Part shown: piece after piece, positions 62,949 to 64,000 of the stretch | Layout: every line of letters starts with the position of its first letter | Position numbering within the stretch: the first letter of the stretch is position 1 | Assembly (NCBI GenBank): GCA_051294375.1 | Contig: CM119270.1 | Location: forward strand, 14,115,316-14,179,315 | Direction: 5' to 3' | Length of the DNA stretch: 64,000 nt | Source: Paraspadella gotoi | Taxonomy: Eukaryota > Animalia > Chaetognatha | Translations under genes and position numbers: made by a program | Notes under the pieces: generated by a model | Database searches by the model: none | Seen by the model: only the letters and a program-made list of their open reading frames with translations | Told to the model about the DNA's origin: nothing

Positions 62949-64000
62949 CGTATGCTGTTCACTTTGACAAAAAAAAAAACAAAAAAAAAAATTTAACCAC
63001 GACCAAACTAGTATTGCATTACAATTAAAGCGGAAATACAATTAAATAAAGCTTGCAATAAATATAACGGATCCTTTTCATGTTTTTCCCAGTCTCGATT
63101 TATTTTTGGAAGGAAATGGGGAGTGACAGCGAGAAATCGTTGTGAAATAGTTCCAACTTTAGTAAGTAACTTAAGTAAAAAGAACAGCTTAATTGTCTTC
63201 CCTGTCCAATAGGAAAGATAGGCAGATAGAGAGACAAGGAGAGAGAGAGAAACAACAACCAAAGATCCAAATCTTTCCTGTTGAGCGCGAGCTTGAATTC
63301 ATTTGATACAGTGACTTCAGGGTAACGAAAAAATCATAAACAGAAAGTTCGAAGAAGTTGAACCTGAAAGTTTTTACTCTTCTTCCTGAGTCTCGAAAGC
63401 AAACCAGTAATTAACGGGAAAAACGACCATTTTTAAAATTATCGTGTACAGCAGTTTAAAAAAAAATCGTCAAATAAAAACCAGCATAAATGTGAATTCA
63501 ATTCATTCGTTTTCGCGTCGTTGATCAATTAATGATAACAGATTCGGAGATACTAATCGACGAAGTTTACTCATTTCCAAATTTAGAGAAGAACGACGTC
63601 AAGAACAAACGTTTAAAATTAAAAATAATAATTGTTTAAATATCTTCGAACAACTTTTATTAAAAGTAATATATCTTTTTTGGTTACTTGCACCAACGAA
63701 AGAATGATAGCTCGGTTATAACAACAGTTATTATCACTAATAGATCTTTTATCATAACGAACAAGTCTTTCATAACCGCTAATATATCTTTTATTATCAG
63801 TAACGTATCATTGAATAAGATCAATCTGAGGCGGCCTGTCTTGAAGAGCTTAATAATTTTCTGTCTGAGAGAAAAAACGCAAAATATCCTCTTCAAACTA
63901 GAATGTCTATTCTCTCAAAATAGCATTAAAAATAATATAATAATACAAAATAAAGGGAAAGGTCATGTCCGGACTGAACCCGACAACTACAACAATGACA

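Overview
This is eukaryotic (invertebrate animal, probably protostome) genomic DNA, with AT-rich introns, GC-rich exons, abundant (GA/CT)n microsatellites, many N-gaps (22.3-54.0 kb) and several patches that look like error-rich long-read fill. Five intron-containing genes can be spliced by hand: (1) a secreted coiled-coil plus H-type-lectin-like protein (2846-4093 +); (2) a small His/Cys permuted papain-fold (PPPDE/LRAT-like) protein (about 4955-6065 +); (3) a 13-exon long-type ABCC/MRP transporter (8764-17091 +, one apparent frameshift); (4) a single-pass PY-motif membrane protein (18746-17837 -); (5) a Kv2/Shab voltage-gated K+ channel (39915-62948 +) with a very long C-terminal tail and a possible alternative last exon. 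Three observations stand out. First, many introns have complementary 5' and 3' ends, including an approximately 70-nt imperfect duplex spanning the 11.5-kb last Kv2 intron that may compete with a second pairing at an alternative exon. Second, a nested mobile-element complex sits at 59523-60458: an approximately 200-bp TG..CA solo LTR with a 4-bp TSD and an internal tRNA-like promoter (Helenus-like), interrupted by a 729-bp hAT-type element with 14-bp TIRs and an 8-bp TSD; a SINE-like relative lies at about 1.5 kb. Third, the Kv2 tail carries PRC/FFAT-like and CXXCH motifs. All family assignments are by motif recognition; no searches were run.
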